The translations under genes were made by a program, and so were the position numbers. Positions 25,739 to 38,500 of a stretch of DNA of 64,000 nucleotides are shown in pieces. The stretch's first letter is position 1, and each line of letters begins with the position of its first letter. The notes below the pieces were generated by a model. It was not told the origin of the DNA, did not search any database, and saw only the letters and a list, made by a program, of their open reading frames with translations. This stretch comes from Isurus oxyrinchus (taxonomy: Eukaryota): assembly GCA_026770705.1 (NCBI GenBank), contig JANJGN010000026.1:33480001-33544000 (forward strand), in the 5' to 3' direction.

Positions 25739-26280
25739 TGTTTTTGTACGAGTCTCCCTCTGGTTCCTGTCACTGTGTCTCCCAGCCCTCAGTAATACAC
25801 CGCGCTGTCAGACAGCTGCAGGTCACGGATGGTGAAATTCCCCTCACTTTTCAAAGTGTCGAGAGATGCAGAAAATCGAGCCCCCACGCCCTCTGCTCTG
25901 AAAATATTTCCGTATTTTGGGATGTACATCAAGAATGTGGGGACTTTACCCCGGTCATGACGGTACAGCTGTAAGTAAGGTGTACCAGCAGTGGTGGAAT
26001 AGCTGTAATAAATGGTCACCGAGTCTCCTTCAAATTGCATTGCTGGTTCTGGTTCCTGTGAGACTGAGTCTGCACCACTAACACCTGCAGAAATTAAAAA
26101 TAAAGAGCTTAAAGGTTATATTACTTTAGCCCAGTTTGTCATGTTGAGTGAGGGATTCTGAATAGAAATAAAATTGAATTGAAAGAATGATACCTGCAAG
26201 AGGAAGACTGTGTAACGTGCGGACTTACCGGGTAAGAGAGCTGCAGCTGTGAGAAATGAATAAAAGGTAAAACCCAACAT
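25739..26280 (-). pseudogene. TRAV/DV: TCR V with a single nonsense codon at Cys104 and an intact 23-RSS
   Basis: Leader MLGFTFYSFLTAAALLP|GTAAG (26280-26229). Exon from 26084: GVSGADSVSQEPEPAMQFEGDSVTIYYSYSTTAGTPYLQLYRHDRGKVPTFLM..SDSAVYY* (TGA 25791-25789). RSS CACAGTG-23-ACAAAAACA (25777-25739). Confidence 0.88.
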
Positions 26281-26812
26281 ATTTCCAGCGGGCTGATGGC
26301 GGAATGAAACAAAACGGGTTGAATCTGTATATGTTTCAGTAAAGGGTTGGGAAAATTTTCTTCAGCCATTGGTTAATTCCTGAAAGTCTCCACAAGTGAC
26401 GTCCAATCAGCCCCACGATATTTTGTTCTACAACTTATTGCATCAAAACGTGACGCAGCAAATCAGTGAAGTCGTTGTTCCTTCAAAGGGACTGAGCAGA
26501 GGATTCAATTGAATGTTGGGTCTCCAGTAGAGTCAGTGTGTGACGTGGTAGCAGTGAGGGGGAATGGTTAATGTTGTCCTTAATGTTGTCCACCAATGCC
26601 GAAGGCTCGCATTAAAAGAGCTGCTCACTGACCATGGGAACATCGCACAGCTGATATTAAGAGGAATACTAAACAGAATGACAATAATGGAGTCTGCAAC
26701 ACAGAAATGTGCCATTTCACCAAACTAATCGTTAGTTTGGTTTCTGTTCAGTTACCAGTTAACAATTCAGGTCCCAAAATTGATTCAGTGAGAGAAAGCG
26801 AGAGTCCTTTGC

Positions 26813-27289
26813 GGTTTTTGTTCGGCCTGACAGCGCCTGTGTAACAGTGAGGTTCAGCGCACGGTAATAGGCAGTGAGAGACTGGAGATCGGGGAACTGT
26901 TGAGAGAACAGTTTGTATTTTCCTTTTGTCTTTGTCCAAAACAGCAACGAACCGGTCGAGGAAATCTGGAGGCTTAACTCCCTGTCCCTTGCCGAATCTC
27001 TTCAGTAAGCATCGCCAATCTCCCCGGGACACTGTATGTACGAGTAGAGATAGGAATAACTACAGGACGTGTATTATCTGCAGTTAAGATCAGGTCTGCC
27101 CTTCTTGAACCGTTAATTTAGGCGGTTCGTTATGCATTAAATCTTGGCCACTCGCTCCTGTAACAAAAACACAAAATGTGTCAGAATTCTGCGAGAAAAT
27201 ATAACCAGTGGAACACAAACTAGTCATTTAAACATAGGCTCACCAGGCAGCACGGCTATTCTAATCAGCAGGAGATATGGGGAGCACAT
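26813..27289 (-). pseudogene. TRAV/DV: TCR V pseudogene, paralog of 8282-8764
   Basis: Leader MCSPYLLLIRIAVLP|GTGAG. Exon ASGQD..LTVQEGQT, frameshift, then ..PPDFLDRFVAVLDKD..AYYRALN. Nonamer ACAAAAACC 26821-26813. Confidence 0.8.
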
Positions 27290-28319
27290 GATGTCTGGTG
27301 TAAACAATGCTAGAGAATAACAGATTGTTTAAATATGTTGACTCTTCTGATCTGATATTAAAGAGTAAATTCAGAGCAAGTGTTTATTCCGCTCATTCTG
27401 AGAATGCGGGACTTTTCTTTTTTATAGGATTGGCTCATCTCTCAGAACTGCCTGTAAATGTACGCCAGCTAGTGCTAGTTGCTGGCCAATTATTGCAGCC
27501 TCCAGTCCAACCATTTCCTTGTCCAGCTGTGTGAGTGAGACTCTCTGACTGTCTGCTTGTCTCTCACTCTCTCTGTCTCTATCGACGTTTCGACATCAAT
27601 CTATCTCTTTTACTCTGCCTCTGTCTCTCTTTGACTTTATGTTTGCAGCTCCCTCTCTCTCTACCCTTCCTTCCGTTCTCCCCCCACCCCGTCTCTCTCT
27701 TTCTCTCTGACACTCACTCTCTCTTTATCTCTACCTCTCTCCCGTTTTCTCTCTCAATCCCTGTCTCTGACTTTCTGTCATGCTGTCACTTTCTTTTCCT
27801 AGCTAGCTATCTTTTTCCCTCCTTCTCTCTATCGGTATATTTCCTTCAATGTTTCTCCTTTCACCTCTGTCTCACACTGCCTGTTTAACACAGTTTTTAT
27901 TTCCCTCTCTTTCCATATCCGCCCCAGCCCTCTCGGTGACCTGTCAAGCGGAAAACAATGGAAATCGTTCTGAGTCACTGTCCGCACTGCCACAACCAAT
28001 GAGATCCATTACCAACCAGAGCGGGAGGGGATGAGGGGCACGATTAAATGAACGTGACTGTGTAATGATCAGATACCTTTAAAACATGAACTGAATTCTC
28101 TACATCAGACTCAAAAATTGACTCGTGCTGAAGTTGACTCTGGTATTCATTCAGAAATCGACAGGTTTCTGCGAACACTGCGGGTTGAACTGTCTGAATT
28201 TGACCTTAACTTAAAATGATTGAGAAATTGCACTTTTCCTAAGACTGAAAGCAAAGATTTCAGCTGGAGAATCCCGATCGGATCAGGATGTATTTTTTCC
28301 TTTATTTTCAAATTTCCCG

Positions 28320-28537
28320 GGCATTCTTCTGACCCTACTTCTGGTTCTGGCTGGGACACTGAATCCCCGTTACCCTTCTCTGATAATAAACAGGCAGCAC
28401 ACGTTGGGTTTGGCGAACCAACACCGGGGGTAGAGTTGTGAAATTATACATAGATGGGGGAATATTGTACGAAGGTCGTAAAGTCACTGACCAGTGATGA
28501 GGACGTTGACTAAAGCCAGGCAAAGTTTCACCTCCAT
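28320..28537 (-). pseudogene. TRAV/DV: Truncated TCR V, paralog of 6898-7380
   Basis: Leader MEVKLCLALVNVLIT|GT (28537-28492). Exon KGNGDSVSQPEPEVGSEE, then similarity is lost. Promoter homologous to 6700-6800. Confidence 0.78.
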
Positions 28538-28924
28538 TGTTCCAGTCTGAACTCCAGAATCAGAAATTTTGATCACTAGGGAATAGAAAGTAAAACGTCG
28601 CGGAGATTCGAGTTGCTCAGCAGGGATGTCTTCTCCATTTGTATCTGTCTGAACAAGCATTTCCTGCAGCTGGGGTCCCTGATCATTATCATTATCAAGT
28701 GATCAGAGAGCGCCCTCTCCTGGACAGCACAAGCCTCACCGGGAAACCCTGACAGATGCAGACAGATAAACACACATTTATAGACAAGTGTAGACAGGCA
28801 GATAGCCACAGTAAATGACTACACAAGAGGTTGTCGCTTTTCCATATTAGTCAAATTGCAGAAACCACTGAAGCGCAATTTGCCTCACATAATCACTTGA
28901 GGCCCATTCGTCATTTTTGATCCA

Positions 28925-30188
28925 GAGTAACCCAGAGACCCAGGGCGATGCCCTAGCGAACCAGGTTCCAATCCCACCAGGCAGATGATGGAATTTTAAT
29001 TCAATAAAAATCTGGAATTAAAAGTCTGATAATGACAGTGAAACCGTTACTGATTGTTGTAAAAACCCACCTGGTTCACTAATGCCCTTTCAGGAAGGAA
29101 ATGTGTCATTCTTACGTGCTCTGGCCTGCATGTGACTCCAGACCCACAGCAATGTGGTTGATTCAGATGCCCTCTAAAATGGCCGAGCAAGCCACTCAGC
29201 TGTAATCAAGGTCACAACATCACAAAAAAAACGAATGAAACTGGACGAACCACCAGTCATCGACCTAGGTACCGGAAATGACAACACAATCTCAGTCCTG
29301 TCGATCCTGAAAACTCCTCCTTACGGACAGCAGGGGGCTCGTGCCAAAATTGAGAGAGCTGTCTTATGGTCTTATCAAGCATCAGCCTGACATATGCTGA
29401 TAATCCTCACGGAATCGTACTTAACAGATAATGTCCCAGGCACCAAAACCACCGACAGGGCAGGCCCAGCAGAGGTGGCGGAACAGTTGTATACAGTTGG
29501 CAGTTGCGCTGGGAGCCCATAACATCGGCTCCGGGCCCCACGAAGTCTCGTGACATCAGGTCAAACATGGGCAAGGGAACATCCTGCTGGTTACCACGTA
29601 CCTCCCTCCCTCAGCTGATGAATCAGTGCTCCTTCATGGTGAACATCATTTGGAGAAAGCACTGAGGGTGGCAAGGGCACAGAATGTACTCTGGGCGAGT
29701 AACTTCAATGTCCATCACCAAGAGTGGCTCGGTAGTATCACTGCCGCTTGAGCTGGCCAAGTCCTAAATGATGCAGCTGCTAGACTGGGTGTGCAGCAGA
29801 TGGTGAGGGAGCCAAAAAGAGGGAAAAACAGACTTAACCTCATCGTCATCACCCTGCCTGGCGCAGATGCATCTGGCCATGACAGTATCAGTAGAAGTGA
29901 CCACCTCACAGTCATTATGGAGACGAAGACCCACCTTCACATTGAAGATGCCCTCCATCGTGTTATGTGGCACTACCACCACGTGCTAAATGGGATAGAT
30001 TGCGAACAGATCTAGCAAGTCAAGACAGAGCATTCATGAGACTCTGTGTGCTATCAGCAGCAGCAGAATTGTACTCGAGCACAATTTGTACACCATGGCC
30101 CGACATATCCGCCAGTCTACCATTACCATGAAGCCAGGGGATCAACCCTTGTTCAATGAAAAGTGCAGGAGGGCATGCCAGGAGCAGC
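28925..30188 (+). mobile_element. Non-LTR retrotransposon (CR1/L2-like) 5' region and degenerate AP-endonuclease domain
   Basis: Broken frames: ILTESYL..PSRGGGTVVYS..QVKHGQGNILLVTTYLPPSADESVL..NFNVHHQEWL..QQMVREPKRGKNRLNL..SRSDHLTV. The 5' part is shared with SINE-like copies at about 4750-4990, 19360-19620, 38775-39000 and 57380-57750. Confidence 0.75.
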
Positions 30189-30357
30189 NNNNNNNNNNNN
30201 NNNNNNNNNNNNNNNNNNNNNNNNNNNNNNNNNNNNNNNNNNNNNNNNNNNNNNNNNNNNNNNNNNNNNNNNNNNNNNNNNNNNNNNNNNNNNNNNNNNN
30301 NNNNNNNNNNNNNNNNNNNNNNNNNNNNNNNNNNNNNNNNNNNNNNNNNNNNNNNNN
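30189..30357. other. Assembly gap (N run)
   Basis: Continuous Ns. Confidence 1.
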
Positions 30358-30426
30358 AATCCACTGGCACTTAATTTAATTCTGCTTTCAAATATCATTA
30401 AGTTGATTTTATTGTTGCTTTGGCAG

Positions 30427-30660
30427 CTGCTTCTTGTCACTCGGAGAGATTTCAGATATCAACGTATCGGAGAACTTTCAGGCCAGAAATTTGACTCTTG
30501 TACTGACATTTCTTCAATCAAGCTCCCGAGTGTCTTACCTTCACATACAGGGATGAAAGAGTTGAGGGAGATTTAAAGTACCTGAGGACCGTGAGAAAGG
30601 CTCCACCACGCTCACTGTTAACACTGTTCAGCTATCAGACTCTGTGGTGTGTTACACTGC
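30427..30660 (+). pseudogene. TRAV/DV: Internally deleted TCR V relic, paralog of 56347-56665
   Basis: DNA similarity to the 56347 V (..AATCAAGCTCCC..ACATACAGGGAT..GACCGTGAGAAA..CTCACTGTTAACA..TCAGAC). The RSS is replaced by a (CA)n tract. Confidence 0.65.
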
Positions 30661-30697
30661 ACACAAATACACACACACAACAGACAAAAACACACAC

Positions 30698-30740
<43 letters not shown>
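30655..30740. repeat. (CA)n microsatellite
   Basis: Direct reading. Confidence 0.95.
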
Positions 30741-30741
<1 letters not shown>

Positions 30742-32187
30742 TAAATAGCAAAATACCCATCACCCTTCATTCGTGGACCTGTTCAATTGTGATTTGTGTC
30801 CACCTTTAATGATTAGGGAAGTAGGAAGACTTATGCATATTTATGAATTTGCAATCCAACCTTATAATGGTGGAATTATTAATGTCACTGCAAATGAGCA
30901 TGCATTGTGTTAGTCAATTAGGCCCACGAGAGGACTGAGCCAAATAATCTCGCAATTTTTGCAGAAGAGCAACGGCAGAAAATGGAAAATAAGAAACAGA
31001 CACGTTATGCTAATAATGAAATCAAAGTAATAGTATTCATAATAATCTGACGTAATAATACTTCAGCAAAATCATGCAGCAATATTCGGGTAGGAATTAA
31101 GGATCATTGTTTTCCGCAGGTTACCACTGGATGGCGCTCCAGTACTTCAGCTTTGGCTAAAACTTGAAGAACTGTCAGTTTACAAAAACAATAAAACTGC
31201 GGATGCTGGAAATGCAAAACAAAAACAGAATTACCTGGAAAAACTCAGCAGGTCTGGCAGCATCGGCGGAGAAGAAAAGAGTTGACGTTTCGAGTCTTCA
31301 TGACCCTTCGACCGAACTGAGTGAATCCAAACTGGTATTAAATGTACTTGTTCAGGTTCCTGTGAAGCATCCCCACCATATGCACTGCAGTGACTGAAGA
31401 AACAAGCGCAACTCCACCTTTCAAGTGAGAAATAAAGATGAGCAATACATGTTGACCTTGCCGGTAACAACAACACCCCGCGGATGATTAAAACATATCA
31501 TTCCTCAAAATGTGCAAAGCCACCTAGCAAAAAGCAAAATACATAACAGATCAACAATTTTGAATCTCCGCAAACATCTTTCAGACGTTTCCATAATGAA
31601 TTACTAAGGCTACATTAACAATCGGGACTGTCTAGTGGGAACTCACTGTACAGTAACTATTACAGTCTTTCACAGGTTGAAAAGTACCTTAGTGTAATTA
31701 CTAAACTTATTTTTATATTGCAATTCATCTAATATAACTATTTCACTGTAATTCGTTTTCTGATGCTGTAGTAAGATACGTGCACGAACATATATGTTAC
31801 TACACTGTGATATGCTATTATTCCGCACAACACTTAAAACACTAGATTGTATTTGAATACCTTAAAATAAGTGTTCAACGATATAACAGGTTAATGTCCA
31901 TGCAATGTCACACATTACAATTCATATTTCAGCAATCCAATAAACGGTATTCCTTTCAATCAATTGAATATTACCTTGTAATGCTGCACAAAGCAAGTAC
32001 AAGTTATGCGCTACAATTCACCATAACACAGTATTATCCCATATAAGGCATCGGAGCCCGGTTGAGGCCCTAAACATTCTGACAGCACTGAAAATTTGGG
32101 AAAACATCATCCCGATCCTGAACGGGACGAGACCATCTTTCTGGGGATTTTCAAAAATAAATAGTTTATTTCAGATCTTTCGCTTAC

Positions 32188-32257
32188 CAGGGGCACCAAT
32201 AACAGCGAGAATGGGATAGCAAATGGCAAATAATAGGCTTTTCACTGGTCCGTGCAT
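32188..32257 (-). other. Orphan first coding exon of a GPR139/GPR142-like rhodopsin-family GPCR
   Basis: ATG..MHGPVKSLLFAICYPILAVIGAP followed by a phase-1 G|GTAAG donor. From memory this resembles the N-terminus and TM1 start (YPILAxIGVP) of the expanded shark GPR139-like receptors. The large second exon was not found. Confidence 0.45.
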
Positions 32258-33976
32258 CGTCTCTCAGAAAAGAAATGGATTCCCGACACTGTATACTTTA
32301 GTTCTGAGAGGCATTCAAAGCGTCCCTCGTTTATTCCGAATGAGAGTCTCCAGAGAGACAATAAGTTACAACATGCACCGTAGCTACAGTTCAGTAAACA
32401 AACAGATTAACCGAGTTTTATGCCCCCCGTTCGTAACATTAGCAAGATGGATGAAGCCATTAGACACTTGGGTGAGGAGCTGGCTGCAAATTCTGCGGTG
32501 ATCCCTCTCCACAAACCAGCCTTTGCGTCTACATCAAGTGGAGCCGCTGATGGAACATATCGACTTGGGTCCTATCGCTAACCAAAACACATCTCTTCCC
32601 ATGGCTGCCAGTCCGCTGGGCGGGGTTTGTGTTTGATAATTTACCCCATCGTCACTGCCTCATCCCTCTTGCTCAAACAATAATACTCGTGTCATGCAAG
32701 ACAACTGTATCAAGCCATTCATATTGCAAAATCAGAAAGAGCATTAACATATGAGAGTGCACAAGAGAAAATGGGAGATAAAAGAGAAAGACTGATATAG
32801 AGAAAGAAGAAAAACGAAAGGGAAGAGTACAAATATGGAGTATAAGTGAAGGAAAGAACGAATGACAGAAATCAAGTAAGAAAGCACCTGGTGTTTGTCA
32901 TTCTGTGCCCGCTGTTTCTCGCATTACTACACATTAATTCTCGGATGTGGGAATCGCGAACAAGGCCGGCATTTAGTGCAAATTTCTCGTTGCCACTGAG
33001 AAGGTGGTGGTTAGCAGCCTTCACGATTCACAACAGCTAAAGGTCTACCTACAGCGTCTTTAGCACAGGTGTTACAAAATTAGACCCCAGGGACAATGAA
33101 GGACCAGCAACATATTTACAAGTTAGAATGTGATTTGGTTTGGAGGGGAAAACAGCTGTTTCCCCAGGCACCCACTGCCCTTCTGAGTGGTTGAGATCAT
33201 TCCAAAGAAGGCTTTCTGTGTTCCTGCAGCCCATCCTCCAGGCTCCACATACTCCAGCCACGACTGGGAGTCTGGAGGTGAGCTACTCCACGCAGAACAT
33301 CGAGCTGTGGCGTGCTATTGTGGGAGGCTCAGTTCAGGATGTAAATGGTGGGGAATTCACTGTAGGTCAGGCCATTGAATGTCAAGTGGACGTGGCCATG
33401 CTGCCCCTAATCGAGATAATCAATGTCACCTCAGATAATTGTATTTTACTAAATTGTTGATAAATGGGGTGATTCAAAAGGTCAGGCAAATGGAATCCTT
33501 ATCTCGGACCAGATTCTGGTGGAATTAGGCCAGCGAATATACTGAGTTATACTTATTGCTCCCGATTAGTTTTTAGATTAAATTAGCAATTAAGTTTATA
33601 CTCGCCTGGGCCCTCCATTTGTTATCACTACACTGCACCATTCTTTTGTTTATATTTCATGACACTCTGTCTCACTTATTAATGCATTAGGCCAGCTCTG
33701 CTTATAATACGTATTTCCCTGTCGCAGTTATTTCTGCATTACTCTCTGTATACAACACGGGCCTCTTTTTCCGTTAATATAATATGAAGCATGGCTTCCG
33801 TTATTACTGAGGTGGATGAATCATTTGTTTACATCACAGAAGAGCTGATCTAAATTATTCCAGCATTGACTCGTTTCGCTTTCGGCGGCACCAGATCCTG
33901 CCTGAGTTATTTCTGCTGCAGGATATTTCTCGATTTAGATCATTGACGAGTTTGCCTTTAATTTTGCCGTAAAATT

Positions 33977-34065
33977 CGATTCTGGTGTAATTCGAACCCA
34001 CAACCTTTGAATGCCTGAGGCATCAAAAACTCGACGCTCAATGCGCTGTCCATTGCCACAGAGGC
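33977..34065 (-). pseudogene. tRNA-Arg(TCT)-derived, intron-containing pseudogene
   Basis: GCCTCTGTGGCAATGGACAGCGCATTG...intron...ATTCAAAGGTTGTGGGTTCGAATTACACCAGAATCG matches the layout of vertebrate tRNA-Arg-TCT. The D-arm and anticodon are mutated. Confidence 0.75.
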
Positions 34066-34929
34066 ACAGCACATGGGCTGTTGAACGATTGTTGATTATA
34101 TAAGAGTATCTTTATTTTCTTTAGAATATTTTATATTACATGGGGCCCTACGCCAGATTTACTGCATAAAAACATGTCATTATTCACATTACATCAGATA
34201 CTGTGTCGAGATTTATAATACACTAGTCCCTGCGTATGCTTATATTACACCAGACCATTTCTCTGATTCGATCACACAAATGTCTGTCTCGTACAATGGA
34301 AATATATGTAAAAGGGGTCTCTTGGCGAAGAAAGTCGCCACATTGCAATCGTGCATTAAAAATATCTGTCAAATGTGATCCGTTTCGATTCGCTTAGCGT
34401 TCATTTTAGCAGTTCTTAATATAGCATCAGCAAGTGAATCGCCGCCACAAGAAACTTCAATATAGGTGTTCACCCCACTCCACCAGCAGAGGCATATTGG
34501 TTTCTTTCTTTATTGCCAGTTTCTTGTTAAATAAGTTAACAATTTCCCATTGAAAGCTTCCCAGAATTTTTAACCTTAATATTGGCTCTACCGCACTTAA
34601 TTCTGCTTGACTTCTTACCTCTCGTGGTTTGTTCCTAGACAATCCTCTGAGTGAAATTCACTCGGTAAGTGGACATGGTTGTGGAGAGAATTCTGAGACA
34701 TTTTCAAGAAATTCGGCGGTCTGTAGCAGAAGATGTTCATCAGGTGGCGACAATGATCTTACTGACATTTGAATTGGAGAGAAACCAATTTGTTCAGCAC
34801 ACAGGAGAACGTGATATCATATTGCTACTGCTCAAATTAATTTGAACTGAGTACGTTTCGTCAAAAATTATCTGAAGGAGATATACATTTTGAACTGATT
34901 TAAATCAACACTTTCCAAAGAATGTCACA

Positions 34930-35590
34930 ATCTTGGAACAGGTTGAGAAGAAATTTACGGGAATTGTACCAGGGATGAGGGACCTCAATTATATGAAGAG
35001 ATTAGTGAAACTGGGATTGGCCTTCTTGGAGCAGAGACTGTCAAAGTGTGGTATAATAGAGGTGTTTAAATTTACGAAAGCTTTTGACAGAGTTAGACCA
35101 TAAGACCATAAGGCATAGGAGCAGAAGTTAAGCCATTCGGCCCATCGAATCTGCTCCACCATTCAATCATGGCTGATAAGTTTCTCAACCCCATTCCCCC
35201 GCCTTCACCCCGTAACCGTTGATCCCCTTACCAATCAAGAACCTATCTATCAGTTTTTGGTGAGGTATTCATTCCACTGGCAGGAGGATCTGTAGACAGA
35301 AGAACCAGAGTTATGGACAATTCATAAGTGAATATAGAGTGATATTAGATTTTTTCATGGAGCGATTGATATGAGCTAGAGTGCACTTCTGGAAAGGGAG
35401 ATAGAAGCATTTTCATTTGTAACTTTTATAAGGGAAGCTTATATATACTTGAAATTGAAAAAAATGTGCAGGGCTTTACAGAAAGTGTAGGAGAGCGGAG
35501 CTAATTGGAGAGCATTTCATGGAGAGCGGGCACAGTTCTGATGGAATGAACAGTCTCTATCTTTGCTGTAAGCTTCCATGATTTTATGCA
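34930..35590 (+). mobile_element. CR1 LINE RT C-terminal fragment with a nested inverted HE1/HER1-type tail (about 35095-35250)
   Basis: Degenerate LEQV.KKFTGIVPGMRDLNY..RLVKLGLAFLEQR motif. Nested (ACCATAAG)2 ATAGGAGCAGAAG..CATTCGGCCCATCGA tail. Confidence 0.6.
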
Positions 35591-38500
35591 TTGAAATTGC
35601 ATTAACCATTGACCTTGGCGTTGTTATTTTTCTTATTAGAGCAACTGCATTACCGAATGTCATGGTAAGATTGTAGGTATTACGTTTTACATGAACCCTT
35701 TCAGCAGTTTAGTAGCTAAAGTGAATTGACTCTGATTTCAAAATCAGCAGATGGTGGATCGCAACTCAACTTCAAAATCTGAACATAGTTACCAGACTTG
35801 TAATCAGGGTACCGAAAGGTCATTATCTTTTCCAGACATCATGAAACAATAGTCCCATTTCATCTCTTGACTGTTGAGGTGGGGCCTGCACTATGTCCTG
35901 GTCGATATTCCTTCCTTCAACCAAAATAATCAAAGATACATTACTCTGACGCGAGACCCTTTGCTCCACCGCTGAAACTTCTGTGCTCAAATCAGAAACG
36001 TTTATCTGCAATTAGTTGCATTCTAAATCCATTTTGACCTCCCACAGAGTGTGATGGGGTGGTAGGTCAGTGTTTGTTGATCTGATAACGTGACAAACAA
36101 TAGCTTTCATCATAATTTACACAATGGTTGGGCGGCAAACGTCGGATCAGGACAGACGATAAACGCACGTGTAGAAATGACAAGGCAGATCTCTACTGGT
36201 GCTATGGAAATCTGTAAACACCTAGTGGCAGCTAAATGGAGGTTCTGTTCACAGTCCACGAGGATCTATTTCTGTTATTACTGCACTGGAGTATGTCACC
36301 GTTTGTTTCAGTTGCACTGCATCATATAATGTCTTTTATGTTGTACGAGACATTGTAACATTAATTACTACACCAAACTGTGCCTTCTATTTGATGGAGA
36401 AATAATGAGGCAGTTCTACATAAAAACGTAAGAAAAAGGAATAGCTTAGGTTATCGATCTTTCAAGTCTTCACCACTGAGCAATAAATACATGGCTGATC
36501 TTCTATATCAACTCCACAATCCTGTACTTTCCCTGTATCATTTCATTCTCTTTATATCCGAAACTCTTCGATCTTTACCTTTTATATATGTAAAAACTGA
36601 ACATTCACTCAGTTTCCGAAACCTCTGTCCTAAGTGTTCGACCTATTATTCTGGGAATGTGAACCTTAATTCTAGATTCCCCAGCCAGGGTAAATTTCTC
36701 CCAGCATCTATTCTATCAATACACTTAAGAATTTCCATCGAATATGCGCACAGTCAGATTCACCTCCCCTCATGGGACAAATATCTCATGCCAGGAATCA
36801 GTCCAGTCAACCTTTGTCGCACTCCCTCAAAGACTAGCATATCCTTCCTTTGCAAAGGAGACTAAAACTGTACACAGTACTCTAGGTAATCTCACCAAGG
36901 CCCAATATAATTGCAGAAAGACTGCTTAACATTTGAACTATCATCCAATGTTAAGAAAGGCTAACGCACCATATGGTTTCCTAATTTATTGCTGTGGCAG
37001 CATGTTAACTTCCTGTGACCTACAGAGCACACAACTCCCACTGATTGCCAACATTTGCCAGTCTCTCACAATTCGCAATGTCTTGTTTTTTTTTCAAATG
37101 TTCCCTCCTAGAGTGTATCATTTCACAATTGGTCAATCTTCTGTGGTTTTTCCACTCACGGAATCTGTCTGTGTTTCTTCTCAAAATTTTAGCATCCTCC
37201 TCATTACTTATTTTTCAAGCTAACTTGTAAAATAAATTAACCAGTTTCGTTGTAATCTGCGTCCACCCGGTGCCAGTGGACCATACCTTTGTTTCTTAGT
37301 GCAGAACTTGAGAATCCTGTCCAGTTGTACAAACAACAAGAAAAGAATGCAAGCATAGAGTTAGCAACACAGGTTTTAACTGCTGCGAGTTAGGAAGGTA
37401 CCTTGGAAATCTAAGTAGGCCTTGAACATTGCTGAAAAAAGGGAAATGCTGTCGAAGCTATTTGTCTCACATTTAGCAGGTCAGATTCCTGTTGCGTATC
37501 TGTCCTGATGAATTCTAGGTGTAAAGCTGCGACAGCATGTCGCCTTTTTCAGCAATACTTCCGTTTCTATTACAGCAGGACTTTTCTATTTTAAAGTGCA
37601 CTAAACCATGCCGCTCGTTTTTAAAGTAGGTCCTTTCTCAGTTTCTACCGCACCAGATAATGACTCCTATCAAAAGGACAATACTGCAAACGCTAGAAAT
37701 CTGAAATAAAGGCAGAAAACGCTGGAATAACTCTGCAGGTCTGTCAGCATCTGTGGAGAGAGAAACGGAGTTAATGTTTCGAATCCATAGAGTTTAGAGA
37801 CCTGCAGAGTTTTCCCACTATTTTCTATCTTTATTTATTATTAAAGCCTCCGATAATTTCAGGACAGGCCATGTTTCTGGTAATATTGCATTGAGTCCTC
37901 TGGTATTACAACACGAGACTAGGCTTCTACTTATATCGCGCTGGGCCCGGCCTCATTTGCTACTGCACCAGGTTACAGCTCTGTTTAATTTACATCCTGC
38001 CTTTGTTAGTTGTAAACTAAAGGAATGTCTCATTGCACATTATTCCAAGCTTTGTCTCAGTTATTATTACACTGGATGCTCTCTCTGTTCATTTTACCCA
38101 AGGCCTTTGTCTCACCTCATATCACACTAGATCACGTTTCTATTTATATTTCTTGACAATATGGCATTGTTTTATTTCTACAGACGGTGTCTCAGTTTTG
38201 TATTGCACTCGGTCCTCGTTCAGTTATTACTGCACTGGATGACATATCAGTGCATATTTCACTGGACCCCGTCTCTGGCCTATTTGCACTAGCGTCCATG
38301 TCATTTCTTTCTGCTCTAGAACATGTGTCTATGTAAATTCAGATAGGCCCTCTCTAAGTTATTACTCCACTCAACCATGTCTCTGTGTGCATGACAGGAA
38401 AAACGGCGTCAATTATTACTGCAGCTGAACATATACCCGTTGACATTACAGTAGGCCATGTCTTAGATATTAAGGCGTTAATTTATGCTTCCGCCATATT

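Noticed and set aside
30020-30576. ORFs spanning X runs
   Set aside because: Artefacts of the N gap.
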